DNA of 64,000 nt from Candidatus Dadabacteria bacterium (GTDB lineage Bacteria > Desulfobacterota_D > UBA1144 > Nemesobacterales > CSP1-2): positions 608,001 through 672,000 of the forward strand of contig CAWDVW010000005.1 of the NCBI GenBank assembly GCA_963805855.1, read 5' to 3'. The notes beneath the pieces are model-generated. The model had not been told where the DNA came from, ran no database searches, and saw only the letters and a list, made by a program, of their open reading frames with translations. Positions 30,101-39,300 of the stretch are shown here, piece by piece. The position numbers were made by a program, and so were the translations under genes. The stretch's first letter is position 1; each line of letters starts with the position of its first letter.

Positions 30101-30394
30101 TTGGGGGGTCATTCGTTAAAGGCAACGCAAGTTATTTCACGAATCAAAGACGCCATGAAGCTAGAATTACATCAAGACATTATTTATAAAAATCCGACGA
30201 TAGCTAAGCTTGCCAGATTTATAAAAACGTGCGGCCTGAGCGACCAGAATTTATCGTTACCAACAATAGCCTCTCGATCTAAAATAACGGAAGAAGATAA
30301 GATTATGAAATACCAAATTACAAATGTTGATGACCTAACCGATGAGGAAGTTGACTCCGCACTATCCGAACTTTTGAAAGAAGATACACAATGA
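21182..30394 (+). CDS. NRPS 1: C-C-A(MT)-T-C-A-T
   Basis: HHIVCDG, HHIISDG and HHIIFDG C motifs; two YTSGSTG A domains; VLEIGCGTG methyltransferase inserted between A8 and A9; two GGHSL carrier motifs; acidic C-terminal docking helix. Start codon uncertain (TTG 21182 or ATG 21191). Confidence 0.95.
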   Translation: MYRMCRINSDIVPGKRNEGFAPLSFGQERLWILHQLNPGGSSYNESGAVRFNGPLNLSTLNDTLNEIIRRHAILRTTFPVTEGKPFQFINPSLKLPLPMDDLSNLLKSDRHSKATQIIEEEVKKPFDLSKGPLIRYRVLRLNEEEHWFIITFHHIVCDGWSIGLFTKEVVNVYNAFAQGKPSPLPELPTQYADYALWQRDRMHGGGLESQLNYWRYKLSGAPPGLAIPTDRPKTADNNFIHGGQCFEIPKKLYKSLLELKEREKITLFMVMLASFDALLHHYTGDEDVIVFSPIAGRNYAKIRRLIGFFVNTLVLRTDVSGNPTFRDLLRRVKNDCVGAYRHQDLPFQKLVEELRPKQVSDRANRVQVAFMLHRELVEPIKLSEELTLEPIKYDIGIDEVDLTFILWEGREKITGSVQYNASLFEDSTVTCMVRNFRALLECIAENPDQRIASLPILSEDGSNKLIVNKNRIPQKVTTKTHRHSIEEIYRLSNLTKNQLLVWMGQKLQPEAPVYNLAATLTIFGEVIPELFQDAFRTLVNSSDALRTVIREVGGLPQRVVLENSQHGIEFLDFSKVHEPEMRLKSYLDKQSELLFDLEKCLFNSALIKLSEKKYVWYLNQHHIISDGWSVWLIFNKFYDIYENMLRGESKNKIELPKYEDYIQFERDYYSSSRYLKDEAYWQEKLREDTEPITFYGKSNLFSTTNVERVSFDLGATRSRKLRELAQHEDIRSGTVDVSLFNIFAALLNTYLYKVSGNEMLTLGTIFHNRRSRAFKETIGLFMQMLPIRVFVEEDETFLSLINKLKGEMHGIIRHGQYSLGNRPQKKVYDVLLNYHNMSNETHREFNGSPVLAEAVHSGHESDSLGLRILDFGSTGSLNLEFDFNCDVFAEEDRKKVVSHLLRILDAFLEDKNQSLDDIKLLRHEEEQPILVDFNQTRKEYPYDRSIHELFLEQVRKRPDATAVASKNSTLTYRELNERANQLAHHLIGLGVDQESIVGLCLERSVEMIVGLLGILKAGGAYLPLDPSYPKERLAFMLRDANVSVLITQRGFEARLPENGAKVVLIDTQWNEISKESKRNPRHAVSPDNLAYIIYTSGSTGVPKGVAVQHRSVVNHNLDVSRRYGLREDDRVLQFYSISFDGAVEEIFPTLISGATLVLRGEDILAPGSELLGFIDSNEISVVNLPTAYWHEWVKELPSTNGRFPNSLRLVIVGGDKVSPDRYKTWGEVVDGRVRLIDTYGPTETTVISTMAEVNGASRLSIGRPIANTKTYILDKRMHPVPIGVAGELHIGGLGVARGYLNRPDLTAERFLPNPFGDDPGERLYRTGDLARYLEDGNIEFLGRIDHQVKIRGFRVELGEIESMILEHPGVKEAAVMAREDQPGNKRLVAYVIPNEENNLHNKSNAAAELAAEQISQWRTVFEDPFSEHLPDTDPTFNIEGWNSSYTGGPIPQEEMREWVENTANRIISRKPSRVLEIGCGTGLLLFRIAPHCAKYVGTDFSESALSNIKKQLAKGDKGLERVSLFHRLADNFEGFEEGDFDSVIINSVIRYFPSLEYLLSVLDGAVKVLSNGGFLFIGDVRSLPLLEAFHASVQLHRSSAVTTKRQLQELVQKRLFHEEELVIDPSFFLALKHHFRQISHVEIKGKHGYYNNELTRFRYDVILHIGSEYLKLLRPKWTDWREGGMSLESIRRYLSESQPDILGIKNVPNARLLVELKTLEWLKSNDGPDKVADFRRTLSEVSMSGVDPEALRILGNELQYQTDIAWSGPSKYFCFDAVFSRVNTARTINLWSDDSNINETDFHAATLDSYANNPLTSRTANRLISNLRSFIEDKLPAYMSPSSFVVMQSLPKTAGGKIHRNSLPPPEGERPELDRDYVPPRTPTENKLAEIWSEVLGIEHIGVYDNFFELGGHSLLAVQIINRIQEIFKKEFQLKNLFTDPTIATLARIIELEVNSDQAQKIHSIPQSSRDSNLPLSSAQERSWFLDRLDPGGTAYNMITAFRINGSINLNALEWSLNEIIRRHEALRTTFQEVDGKPFQVISPFKRIQIPTVDLTKLNEMERENEALRIVKKEIMKPFDLKKGPLYSVSLLKLSDKEFIVVFIIHHIIFDGWSANILINEMTVFYQAFPMEERAPIPKLKFQYGDFAQWQRSWLESELMAKQLSDWTEKLGGQLPKLELPIDHPRPPVFTFKGATTKKFVLPKALSTRLKDLSLKEGVTIFVTLLAALKILLYRYTNEKDIIVASPTSGRHHPEIENLIGFFVNPLIFRSRISPEHTFRQTLARVREVCLDAFSLQDVPFEKIIDAIRLERNPGVTPISQVAFSFESPPKRYQLPEAISIEPLDIDTGTAKTDFALFISELDGGLEGRVEYYSEIFDESTINRMTSHFQILLESIINNPDRRVSDLNILTKEDREKVLVKWNEESREYTNERCIHELFEQQVDKAPENIAVVFEDQELTYRELDERANKLAYYLQSLGVGPETLVGLSMDRSLEMIVGLLGILKAGGTYVPIDASYPAERLALIFDDSKLQVLLTQNHLESNLFHRNTRSTPKGIKHILCIDADQEISSKIPNKHQTANVSHDNLAVIFYTSGSTGKPKGVELAHLGICNFTEELSRDLQIAPNDRILQFASPSFVVSIIEIFTALSRGSTLVMGSQKSLMPGTPLTRSLIDNRISIAILPPSIISSLNTIDLPELRILIATGESVTSEIARRWSSTRKCFNLYGTTETGVATLGKLNGQAGDVPLIGRPISHMQVYLLDNRLNPVPVGVRGEIYIAGTGLARGYVKRPDPTSEKFIPNPFDRKPGSLMYRSGDFARYRPDGSLEFLGRLDNQVKIRGFRIELSELDALMLQHPHVRHALALVQDDYPKGKRIVVYFSPSQDKKIDVSEIREFLKQKLPYYMMPSNIVLLNKWPQTESGKIDRTKLPLPDKSRPELKEAYIAPSSAAEEMLELIFAAVLGIENVGINDNFFDLGGHSLKATQVISRIKDAMKLELHQDIIYKNPTIAKLARFIKTCGLSDQNLSLPTIASRSKITEEDKIMKYQITNVDDLTDEEVDSALSELLKEDTQ
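24092..25291 (+). repeat. 1.2 kb A-domain segment apparently identical to 31981..33180
   Basis: Same sequence at offset 7889 from ACCTACAGGGAAC to CACCCTGGTGTG; antisense shadow ORFs are also identical. Confidence 0.9.
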
Positions 30395-33300
30395 ATGACA
30401 ACCCAAAAAATACACCAATCCTCACACCCGCGGAAAAGCGCCGGCTTCTAGCTGAGAAACTTCGCGAGAAAGGCAAAAAACCAACCAATTTCCCTCTTTC
30501 GTATGCTCAGCAAAGGATATGGTATTTTGAGCAACTGCTTCCGGGTACACCTGTTTATAATATTCCTTTTTCCTGGCGTATCTTAGGTCGATTGAAAATA
30601 AGCGCACTGGAGCAAAGTCTAAATGAAATAGTAAAAAGGCAAGCGGTTTTAAAAACAAACTTTTCGACAAGCGATGGCCAGCCCGTTCAAATCCTTTCAG
30701 ACCGCCCGCAAATAGAGATCTCGGTTCAGGACCTTTCAAAATCAGCTCCCGACGACCAAGAACAATTCATAGAACAAATAAAAAACGAAGAATCAAGGAC
30801 TACATTTGATCTTGCCGGTGGACCGCTAATCCGCGTAAAGTTACTGAAGCTAGGAGAGGAAGACCACATCCTTTTAACGACAATTCATCACATTGTCTTC
30901 GACGGGTGGTCTACACAGGTATTCAACCGGGAGCTTTCGACGATATATCAAGCTTTATCAGATGGAAGCCGGTACTCCCTCCCTGAACTTCCAATCCAGT
31001 ACCCCGACTTTGCAGTCTGGCAACGTAAATGTTCCGGGGAACTATTGCTTGAAGCGCAACTTTCGTACTGGAAGCGCAAGCTTAATGATTGCCAACGTCT
31101 TAAATTGGTAACCGATCGGCCCAGACCATCGTCGAATACCTTCGGTGGTGCGTGTAAGTCCTTTGAGCTTCACACAGCGCTATACGAATCCCTCAAAGAG
31201 CTAAGCGGGTCGAATGGGGTTACCTTGTTTATGACAATGTTAGCAGCACTTAAGACGTTGCTTCATCATTACACAGCGCAAGAAGACATAGTCATTGGAA
31301 CCGATATCGCAAACCGCAATCAGACAGAAATCGAACCGCTTTTAGGCTTATTCACCAACACGTTGGTTATGCGCACCGACCTCTCTGGAAACCCGACCTT
31401 TAAGGAACTGCTATCTCGCGTAAGAAAGGAGGCTTTGGAAGCCTACAAGCATCAAGACCTTCCATTCGAACAGCTTGTCGAAGCTTTACATCCAGCACGA
31501 GACCTAAGCCACCATCCACTGTTTGACGTAATGTTCATCATGCAGGACGATCCTTTAAAGTACCTTAGCCTGCCTGGCCTGAGTATAAGTCCTCTGGAAG
31601 TACACACCGGCACTTCAAAACTTGATCTGATCTTTTTTATCTGGGAGGGGAAAAACGGTCTTCGAGGTGAAATAGAATATTACACCGAAATCTTTGAAGA
31701 GTCTACGATTTTAAGAATGATTGAACATTTTAAAACCCTCCTATTTCAGATTGCAACGAATCCGGACCGGCGAATCTCTGAGATACCGATATTGGGAGAA
31801 AAGGAAACACACCAACTTTTAGTGGCATTGAACGAAACGGAAAAGGAATACTCATACGATAAATGCTTACAACAATTGTTTGAATCTCAAGCGGAAAAGA
31901 ATCCCAACGCCCCCGCTGTAATCTTTCCTTCTAACCCTCGTCGCGCTCAGGGCTCAGGACAGGCTGAAGGCAGACAAGTTACCTACAGGGAACTAAACGA
32001 GAGGGCAAATCAATTGGCCCATCATCTGATTGGATTGGGGGTAGATCAAGAAAGCATTGTTGGTCTTTGCCTGGAGCGCTCAGTGGAGATGATAGTTGGG
32101 CTTCTTGGGATACTCAAGGCAGGTGGTGCTTACCTGCCCCTTGATCCCTCGTATCCCAAGGAGCGATTGGCATTCATGCTTAGGGATGCAAATGTTTCTG
32201 TCCTTATTACACAGAGGGGATTCGAAGCGAGGCTGCCTGAGAATGGAGCGAAGGTAGTGTTGATCGACACCCAGTGGAATGAGATTTCAAAGGAGAGCAA
32301 AAGAAACCCAAGGCATGCGGTATCACCGGACAACCTTGCCTATATTATCTACACCTCTGGCTCTACAGGGGTACCCAAGGGTGTAGCTGTCCAGCACCGC
32401 TCCGTTGTCAATCATAATTTGGATGTTTCGAGAAGGTATGGCCTTAGGGAAGATGATCGGGTGCTCCAATTCTACTCCATAAGCTTTGACGGTGCAGTTG
32501 AGGAGATATTCCCGACGTTAATATCGGGTGCTACATTAGTGCTCAGGGGTGAAGACATACTGGCTCCCGGCAGTGAATTGTTAGGGTTTATTGACAGCAA
32601 TGAGATAAGCGTTGTCAACCTACCCACCGCATACTGGCACGAGTGGGTAAAAGAACTGCCAAGCACGAATGGGAGGTTTCCAAATTCTCTTCGATTGGTG
32701 ATAGTGGGAGGAGACAAGGTTTCACCCGACAGATATAAGACCTGGGGCGAGGTGGTGGATGGTAGGGTGCGATTGATAGACACATACGGTCCAACAGAGA
32801 CAACAGTGATTTCAACAATGGCTGAGGTTAACGGAGCATCAAGGCTCTCTATTGGACGGCCTATAGCAAACACAAAGACCTACATACTCGATAAACGAAT
32901 GCATCCGGTCCCTATCGGAGTGGCAGGGGAACTTCACATTGGAGGATTAGGAGTTGCACGTGGGTATCTTAACCGACCTGATCTGACAGCGGAAAGATTT
33001 TTACCAAACCCCTTCGGTGATGATCCTGGGGAGAGGCTTTATAGAACAGGCGACCTTGCACGGTACCTGGAAGATGGAAATATCGAGTTTCTGGGCAGGA
33101 TAGACCATCAGGTTAAGATAAGGGGATTCAGGGTTGAGCTTGGCGAGATAGAATCAATGATATTGGAACACCCTGGTGTGGAGGATACTGTGGTCGTCGC
33201 TAGGGAAGACGATCTAGGAGATCCTTCGAATTCGGCCGCACAGGATAAGCGCCTGGTCGCTTACCTGGTTCCTAAGCAAGATCAACCAGGCGCCGATGAA

Positions 33301-36300
33301 GTGATAGAAAAAGCGGAATTGGCTACAAAGCAGGTTTTTGAGTGGCAGGCGGTATTTAACGAGTTGTACCGAGAGATCGATCAAACTCAGAAAAGCGGTT
33401 TCTATATTAAGGGTTGGGAGAGTTCCTACACAGGTTTACCTATCTCCGATGATGAGGTTAAAGACTGGATGGATCAAACAGTAGAGAGAATCCTAGCGTT
33501 AAAACCTTCTCGAGTGCTGGAGATAGGATGCGGTGGTAGTGGGTTAATGCTTTTAAGATTAGCTCCGGAGTGCATTGAGTATTGCGCTACAGACGTTTCG
33601 GAAAATGCAATTCGTGTTATCAAGGAGCAATTGTCAGCAATGAATCTGAGCCTTCCACAGTTGAGCTTCGTTCAGAGGGCAGCAGATAGGTTTGAGGGCG
33701 TGACTTCAAACTCTTTCACCGCTGTGTTAGTCGTGTCAGTCATACAGTATTTCCCCAGTATAGAATATTTATACAAAGTTTTGGAACACGCTGTAAGCGC
33801 CGTCGAACCAGGTGGCTTTATCTTTGTGGGCGATGTGCGAAACTACAGGTTGCTCAGAGCCTTCCATACATCAGTTCAATTGTACAAGGCAAAGTCATCT
33901 CTTCCCGCGCAGCAACTCAGACAGGAAGTAGAGAAAGAAATTGCATTCGAGAAACAATTGACTGTAGATCCCGCCTTTTTCAAGACATTGAAGAATCATC
34001 TGCCGAAGATTGGTCATGTAGAGATACTGTTAGAGAGAGGACGTCACCACAATGAGCTTACGAAGTTTCGTTATGACGTAATGATCCATGTTGGACCACA
34101 CGTGAGAAAAAGCGCTCCCGCTAAATTGCTTAAATGGAGGGAAAACAATCTAACAATCGAATCTGTAAAGAAGGTACTGGAAGATTCTGAGTCGGAAGAC
34201 ATAGTTATTACTGAAGTGCCTAACGCACGCGTCTTGCATGACATAAACGCTTGTGAATTACTGAGGGATCCTGATGGACCACAGACAGCGGAATCCATCA
34301 GAGAAAAGCTCGGGGCAGTGGAAGAAAAGGGTGTGGATCCGGAAGACTTCTGGTCCTTAAGTAACGGGGTATCACATGTCATAGATGTCTATACTGCGAC
34401 CGCAGGTGACAATAGCTGCTACGACGTAGTATTAAGGAAAAATAGAAAAGACATATCAGAACGACGAATGGTTGAAATTCCCCTACTTGAAGAAGAAGGA
34501 ATCAATCTTAGAAAATCAAATGAATATGCCAATAATCCATTGGCGAGCGCATTCAGTTTTAATCTTCTCCAAGACCTTAGATACTTTCTAGAACAGAAGC
34601 TTCCGGAATATTCCGTTCCTTCATCATTTGTAACATTAGATAAAATACCCCTGACGCCGAGCGCTAAGGTAGATAGAATGGCGCTACCCCGGCCTTACGG
34701 AACCAGACCGGATTTGGTGGGTTCTTATGTCGCACCGCGCACTTCCGTAGAAGAAAAACTGGCAGACATATGGTCTCAGGTGCTTGGTGTTGAGAAGGTA
34801 GGGATTTACGACAACTTCTTTGAATTGGGGGGAGAATCTATAATTGCCATACAGATCATTTCCAAAGCCAATCAAGGTGGGCTAAATTTAACCGTAAGAC
34901 ACATCTTTCAACATCAGACGATAGCCGAACTCGCTGCTGTTGCAGGCAACTTCTCTATTATAGAAGCAGATCAGGGGCCAATAAAAGGCCCGGTACCACT
35001 AACGCCAATTCAGCAATCGTTTTTTGAACAGAATCCTCCTGATCCTCACCACTTTAATCAGTCGGTTTTTCTTGAGATACGAGAAGAGCTAGACCCAGTG
35101 TTACTGGAGAAGGCGATAAACTATCTTGTGGTACATCATGATGCTCTTCGTATGCGTTTTATGAAAGGTGATCCGGGGTGGCATCAGGAGAACATGGATA
35201 GCGAAGATTCTGCGTTCTTTTCAATTATCGACCTATCTGACGTTTCTGAGGCGGGACTGACGCCCGCTATTGAAGCGACTGCGTCAGAGCTTCAGAGTGG
35301 CCTTAACATATCCAAAGGACCCGTGCTGAAGGTTGCCTTATTCAATCTTGGCCTTGGCAAGCCCGCCCGTTTGCTGATTATCATTCATCACCTAGTAGTA
35401 GATGGAGTCTCGTGGCGAATCCTGCTGGAAGACTTACTTATGGCCTACACGCAGTTGAGCCGAGGTAAAGAAATAACACTTCCACCAAAGACAACCTCGT
35501 TTAAGCGTTGGGCAGAAAGACTAAAGGATTTTGCCGAGTCTGAACCTGTTATGGACGAACTGAACTTTTGGACATCGCCGTCAGGGAGCGAGGTCAACAG
35601 ATTACCTATCGATCGTCCCGGCGGAACTAATACGATTATCTCCTCACAAAGCGTTTCAGCATTTCTCGATGCGGAGGAGACACAAAAGCTATTGAAGGAA
35701 GTTCCCCAGGCTTACAACACACATATCAATGACTTACTACTCACTGCCCTGGTACAGGCTCTATCACCGTGGACAGGCAAAAACTCCTTACTGATTGACC
35801 TTGAGGGTCACGGTAGGGAGGAGTTATTTGATGACGTCGACATATCACGAACGGTTGGCTGGTTTACGACAATATTTCCCTTGTTGTTAAGTTTGGAAGA
35901 CTCAAATGACCTAAGCGATATCATAAAGTCTGTAAAAGAGCAGGTTAGAAGAATTCCCAATCATGGGATTGGATATGGTTTGCTTAGACATATGAGAGGA
36001 GACATTGAAGTCACTGACAAACTGAGGGATTTGCCCCAGGCAGAGATTTGTTTTAACTACCTAGGGCAGTTCGATCAATTATTGCCAGGGTCTGCTCCGT
36101 TTGGTCGGGCCAGGGAATCGAGTGGACCAAATGCAAGTCTTGTTGGAAATAGGAAATATATTCTCGAGATCAATTGCGGAGTATTGGAAGGAAAACTCCA
36201 CATGGTATTGACCTATAGTGAGAACCTTCATCGACGAGCTACGATTGAAGAACTGGCTGAAAGGTACATGGAATTACTTCGTCAACTTCTAGAATACTGT

Positions 36301-36399
36301 CTATCCGATTACGTCGGAGGCTATACGCCCTCAGACTTCCCCGGAGTCGACTTGAATCAAGAAGAGCTTGATAAGATCATTACAGAAATCGGTGAGTGA
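30391..36399 (+). CDS. NRPS 2: C-A(MT)-T-E
   Basis: N-terminal docking LTPAEKRRLL, HHIVFDG, A domain, MT (VLEIGCGGSG, VIQYFP), GGESI carrier, E motifs HHLVVDGVSW/DLEGHGRE/RTVGWFT/FNYLGQFD, COM donor YTPSDFP; ATGA overlap with NRPS 1. Confidence 0.95.
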   Translation: MNDNPKNTPILTPAEKRRLLAEKLREKGKKPTNFPLSYAQQRIWYFEQLLPGTPVYNIPFSWRILGRLKISALEQSLNEIVKRQAVLKTNFSTSDGQPVQILSDRPQIEISVQDLSKSAPDDQEQFIEQIKNEESRTTFDLAGGPLIRVKLLKLGEEDHILLTTIHHIVFDGWSTQVFNRELSTIYQALSDGSRYSLPELPIQYPDFAVWQRKCSGELLLEAQLSYWKRKLNDCQRLKLVTDRPRPSSNTFGGACKSFELHTALYESLKELSGSNGVTLFMTMLAALKTLLHHYTAQEDIVIGTDIANRNQTEIEPLLGLFTNTLVMRTDLSGNPTFKELLSRVRKEALEAYKHQDLPFEQLVEALHPARDLSHHPLFDVMFIMQDDPLKYLSLPGLSISPLEVHTGTSKLDLIFFIWEGKNGLRGEIEYYTEIFEESTILRMIEHFKTLLFQIATNPDRRISEIPILGEKETHQLLVALNETEKEYSYDKCLQQLFESQAEKNPNAPAVIFPSNPRRAQGSGQAEGRQVTYRELNERANQLAHHLIGLGVDQESIVGLCLERSVEMIVGLLGILKAGGAYLPLDPSYPKERLAFMLRDANVSVLITQRGFEARLPENGAKVVLIDTQWNEISKESKRNPRHAVSPDNLAYIIYTSGSTGVPKGVAVQHRSVVNHNLDVSRRYGLREDDRVLQFYSISFDGAVEEIFPTLISGATLVLRGEDILAPGSELLGFIDSNEISVVNLPTAYWHEWVKELPSTNGRFPNSLRLVIVGGDKVSPDRYKTWGEVVDGRVRLIDTYGPTETTVISTMAEVNGASRLSIGRPIANTKTYILDKRMHPVPIGVAGELHIGGLGVARGYLNRPDLTAERFLPNPFGDDPGERLYRTGDLARYLEDGNIEFLGRIDHQVKIRGFRVELGEIESMILEHPGVEDTVVVAREDDLGDPSNSAAQDKRLVAYLVPKQDQPGADEVIEKAELATKQVFEWQAVFNELYREIDQTQKSGFYIKGWESSYTGLPISDDEVKDWMDQTVERILALKPSRVLEIGCGGSGLMLLRLAPECIEYCATDVSENAIRVIKEQLSAMNLSLPQLSFVQRAADRFEGVTSNSFTAVLVVSVIQYFPSIEYLYKVLEHAVSAVEPGGFIFVGDVRNYRLLRAFHTSVQLYKAKSSLPAQQLRQEVEKEIAFEKQLTVDPAFFKTLKNHLPKIGHVEILLERGRHHNELTKFRYDVMIHVGPHVRKSAPAKLLKWRENNLTIESVKKVLEDSESEDIVITEVPNARVLHDINACELLRDPDGPQTAESIREKLGAVEEKGVDPEDFWSLSNGVSHVIDVYTATAGDNSCYDVVLRKNRKDISERRMVEIPLLEEEGINLRKSNEYANNPLASAFSFNLLQDLRYFLEQKLPEYSVPSSFVTLDKIPLTPSAKVDRMALPRPYGTRPDLVGSYVAPRTSVEEKLADIWSQVLGVEKVGIYDNFFELGGESIIAIQIISKANQGGLNLTVRHIFQHQTIAELAAVAGNFSIIEADQGPIKGPVPLTPIQQSFFEQNPPDPHHFNQSVFLEIREELDPVLLEKAINYLVVHHDALRMRFMKGDPGWHQENMDSEDSAFFSIIDLSDVSEAGLTPAIEATASELQSGLNISKGPVLKVALFNLGLGKPARLLIIIHHLVVDGVSWRILLEDLLMAYTQLSRGKEITLPPKTTSFKRWAERLKDFAESEPVMDELNFWTSPSGSEVNRLPIDRPGGTNTIISSQSVSAFLDAEETQKLLKEVPQAYNTHINDLLLTALVQALSPWTGKNSLLIDLEGHGREELFDDVDISRTVGWFTTIFPLLLSLEDSNDLSDIIKSVKEQVRRIPNHGIGYGLLRHMRGDIEVTDKLRDLPQAEICFNYLGQFDQLLPGSAPFGRARESSGPNASLVGNRKYILEINCGVLEGKLHMVLTYSENLHRRATIEELAERYMELLRQLLEYCLSDYVGGYTPSDFPGVDLNQEELDKIITEIGE
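31981..33180 (+). repeat. 1.2 kb A-domain segment apparently identical to 24092..25291
   Basis: Direct comparison of the two sequences. Confidence 0.9.
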
Positions 36400-39300
36400 T
36401 AATTGTGAAAAGGGATGATAGAAAAGATATCGAAGATATATATCATCTCTCTCCCATGCAGGAGGGAATGCTGTACCACTCCCTCTACGCTTCAGAATCC
36501 GATGTCTATTTCAACCAGCTCACCTGCACTCTCCAGGGAAAACTTAATATTTCGGCCTTCAAAAAGGCATGGCAAAACATCGTTGATAGGCATTCGATCC
36601 TGCGCACCCTGTTCATTTGGAAGGGTCTGGATAAGCCTCTTCAGGTGGTACGGCGTAATGTAAAGCTGCCCTTTGAGCTGAAAGACTGGCGCAGTCTTTC
36701 ACCATCAGATCAGCTACTGAGTTTCGAGACCCTTCTCGATGAAGATCGGCGCCGCGGCTTTGACCTTTCGAAAGCTCCACTCATGCGGATGACCCTGATA
36801 AATATTGGTGAGAATAACTATAAACTTGTTTATAGCAGTCACCACCTGTTACTTGATGGTTGGTCACTTCCTTTGATCTTGAAAGAGGTTTTTATATTCT
36901 ATGAAGCATTTTGCCAAAATCAGGAAGTACAGATGGAAAGGCCTCGCCCCTATCGTGATTATATAACCTGGCTTAAGAAACAGGATTTATCAAAGGCAGA
37001 AGTGTTCTGGCGGAAGACCCTAAAAGGCTTCACCGCACCTACGCCTCTAAATTTGAAGAGTTCAACAGATAATGGGCCAGAAGATCGGGAAGAAGCCTAC
37101 GGTGAACAGCACATGCAGTTGCCGACTGCCATTGCAAAATCGTTGCAGTCCTTAGGACGACAGCACGAACTGACGCTAAATACGCTTGTACAAGGGGCTT
37201 GGGCTATACTTCTCAGGCAGTATAGTGACGGCGAAGATGTTGTTTTTGGGTCGACCGTATCCGGTCGGCCACCTTCACTCAGAGGGGTGGAGTCGATGGT
37301 AGGTTTATTTATTAACACCCTACCCTTACGAGTCCGAGTATCTCCCGATCATTACGTGATACCCTGGTTGAAGAATTTACAGGCGAAGCAGGTTGTGACT
37401 CGCGAATACGAGTACAGTCCACTGGTGCAGATCCATGGGTGGAGTGACGTACCTAGGGGTTTACCGCTTTTTGAAAGCATCCTGGTATTCGAGAATTATC
37501 CTGTCGACCGCACTGTTCAGCACGGGTTGAATAATCTTGAGGTTCTGGACATCCGATCCTACGAACGCACCAATTACCCAATAACGATTGGGGTATCAGC
37601 GGGAGAAAACTTTTCATTACAGATAGGTTACGACCGAAGCCGAGTTGGCGACAATAGCATAAGTCGGATGCTCGGGCACTTCCGGACCCTGTTAGAAGGA
37701 ATGGCTTTGAAGCCTAACCGGAGAATCTCAGAACTTCCAATCTTAACAAACGAAGAACGCCGACAGATTCTTGTTGAGTGGAATGACACGCAAAGGAAGC
37801 ATCCCACCAACAGGTCCATTCAGGAGATATTTGAAAACCAAGTAAATAAGACGCCAGACTCGGTTGCATTAGCATTTCGGGAGAAGCAACTTTCATATAA
37901 AGAACTAAATCAAAGGGCAAACCAGTTAGCGCATTACCTTACAGATCATGGAGTAGGACCCGAATCCCGGGTGGGCATATGTTTGGAAAGATCAACAGAT
38001 ATGATAGCTGGAATGCTGGGGATACTTAAGGCCGGAGGGGCCTATGTACCTCTTGACCCAACCTATCCCAAAGAGCGTTTAGATTTCATGGTTCAGGACT
38101 CGAGTCCAAAAGTAGTCTTGACTCAAGAGAGATTTTTAAAACTACTATCGGATCGTGCTGCTCACATAGTTTGTATTGACACCCAACGGGATGAGATCGA
38201 TAGGAAGAGCAAAAGAAACCCGAAGCAAACGATATCACCGGATAACCTTGCTTATGTTATTTATACCTCTGGATCTACTGGAAAACCTAAAGGAGTGCTT
38301 ATATCTCACGGGGCAATACTAGGTCACTGTGATACAGTAAAGAGGTATTATGATTTAGAGTCTAATGACAGGATACTTCAATTTGCCTCATTCAATTTTG
38401 ATGCATCACTAGAGCAAATCTTTCCTACCCTGATTGTCGGCGCTAGATTGGTACTCCGCGGCGACGAATTATGGATACCATCCGAGTTCCTTAGGAAGAT
38501 GGAACAATTTGGTCTCACCGTTATAAACCTGCCATCAGCCTACTGGCAACAATTGGTGCGAGAATGGGCTGGTTCACCTGCACTTAAGACCAATATCCGC
38601 CCTAAACTGTTCGTTGTCGGAGGAGATGTGATGGACCCGGAGAGTCTTAGACTCTGGCATCAAACACCCTTCAGTTCTGTGAGGCTGCTCAATGCTTATG
38701 GTCCAACCGAGGCGACCATTACAGCCACCACCTACGAAATACCAATAAACTTCGATGAGAAATCTTCCGCAGCCAGAATTCCTATTGGAAGGCCACTCTA
38801 CAATAGAAACATATTCATATTGGACAAGAGTCGCAATCCTGTACCCGTAGAGGTAAACGGCGAACTCCATCTAGGGGGAGAGGCTCTAGGAAGGGGTTAC
38901 CTCAACCAACCTGAGCTTACCGCCGAAAGGTTCATACCGAACCCATTTAGTGAAGAACCAGGAGAGAGGCTTTACAAGACAGGTGACCTTGCCCGATACC
39001 TGCCAGACGGGAACATAGAATTTCTGGGAAGAGTAGACAATCAGGTAAAGATACGTGGATTCAGGATAGAAACCGGGGAAATAGAAACAACACTGAGGGA
39101 ACATCCTTATGTAAACGACGCAGTTGTTGCAGCAAGGGAGGATGGGAGTGGAGAGAAGGAGCTCATCGGATATCTGGTGGCTCACGGAGAACAGGAATCG
39201 ATTGTAAGTGAACTGCGGGGGTTTTTAAACGAAAAGCTGCCTGGGCACATGGTGCCATCATACCTTGTAACACTGGATGAATTACCACTAACTCCCAGTG

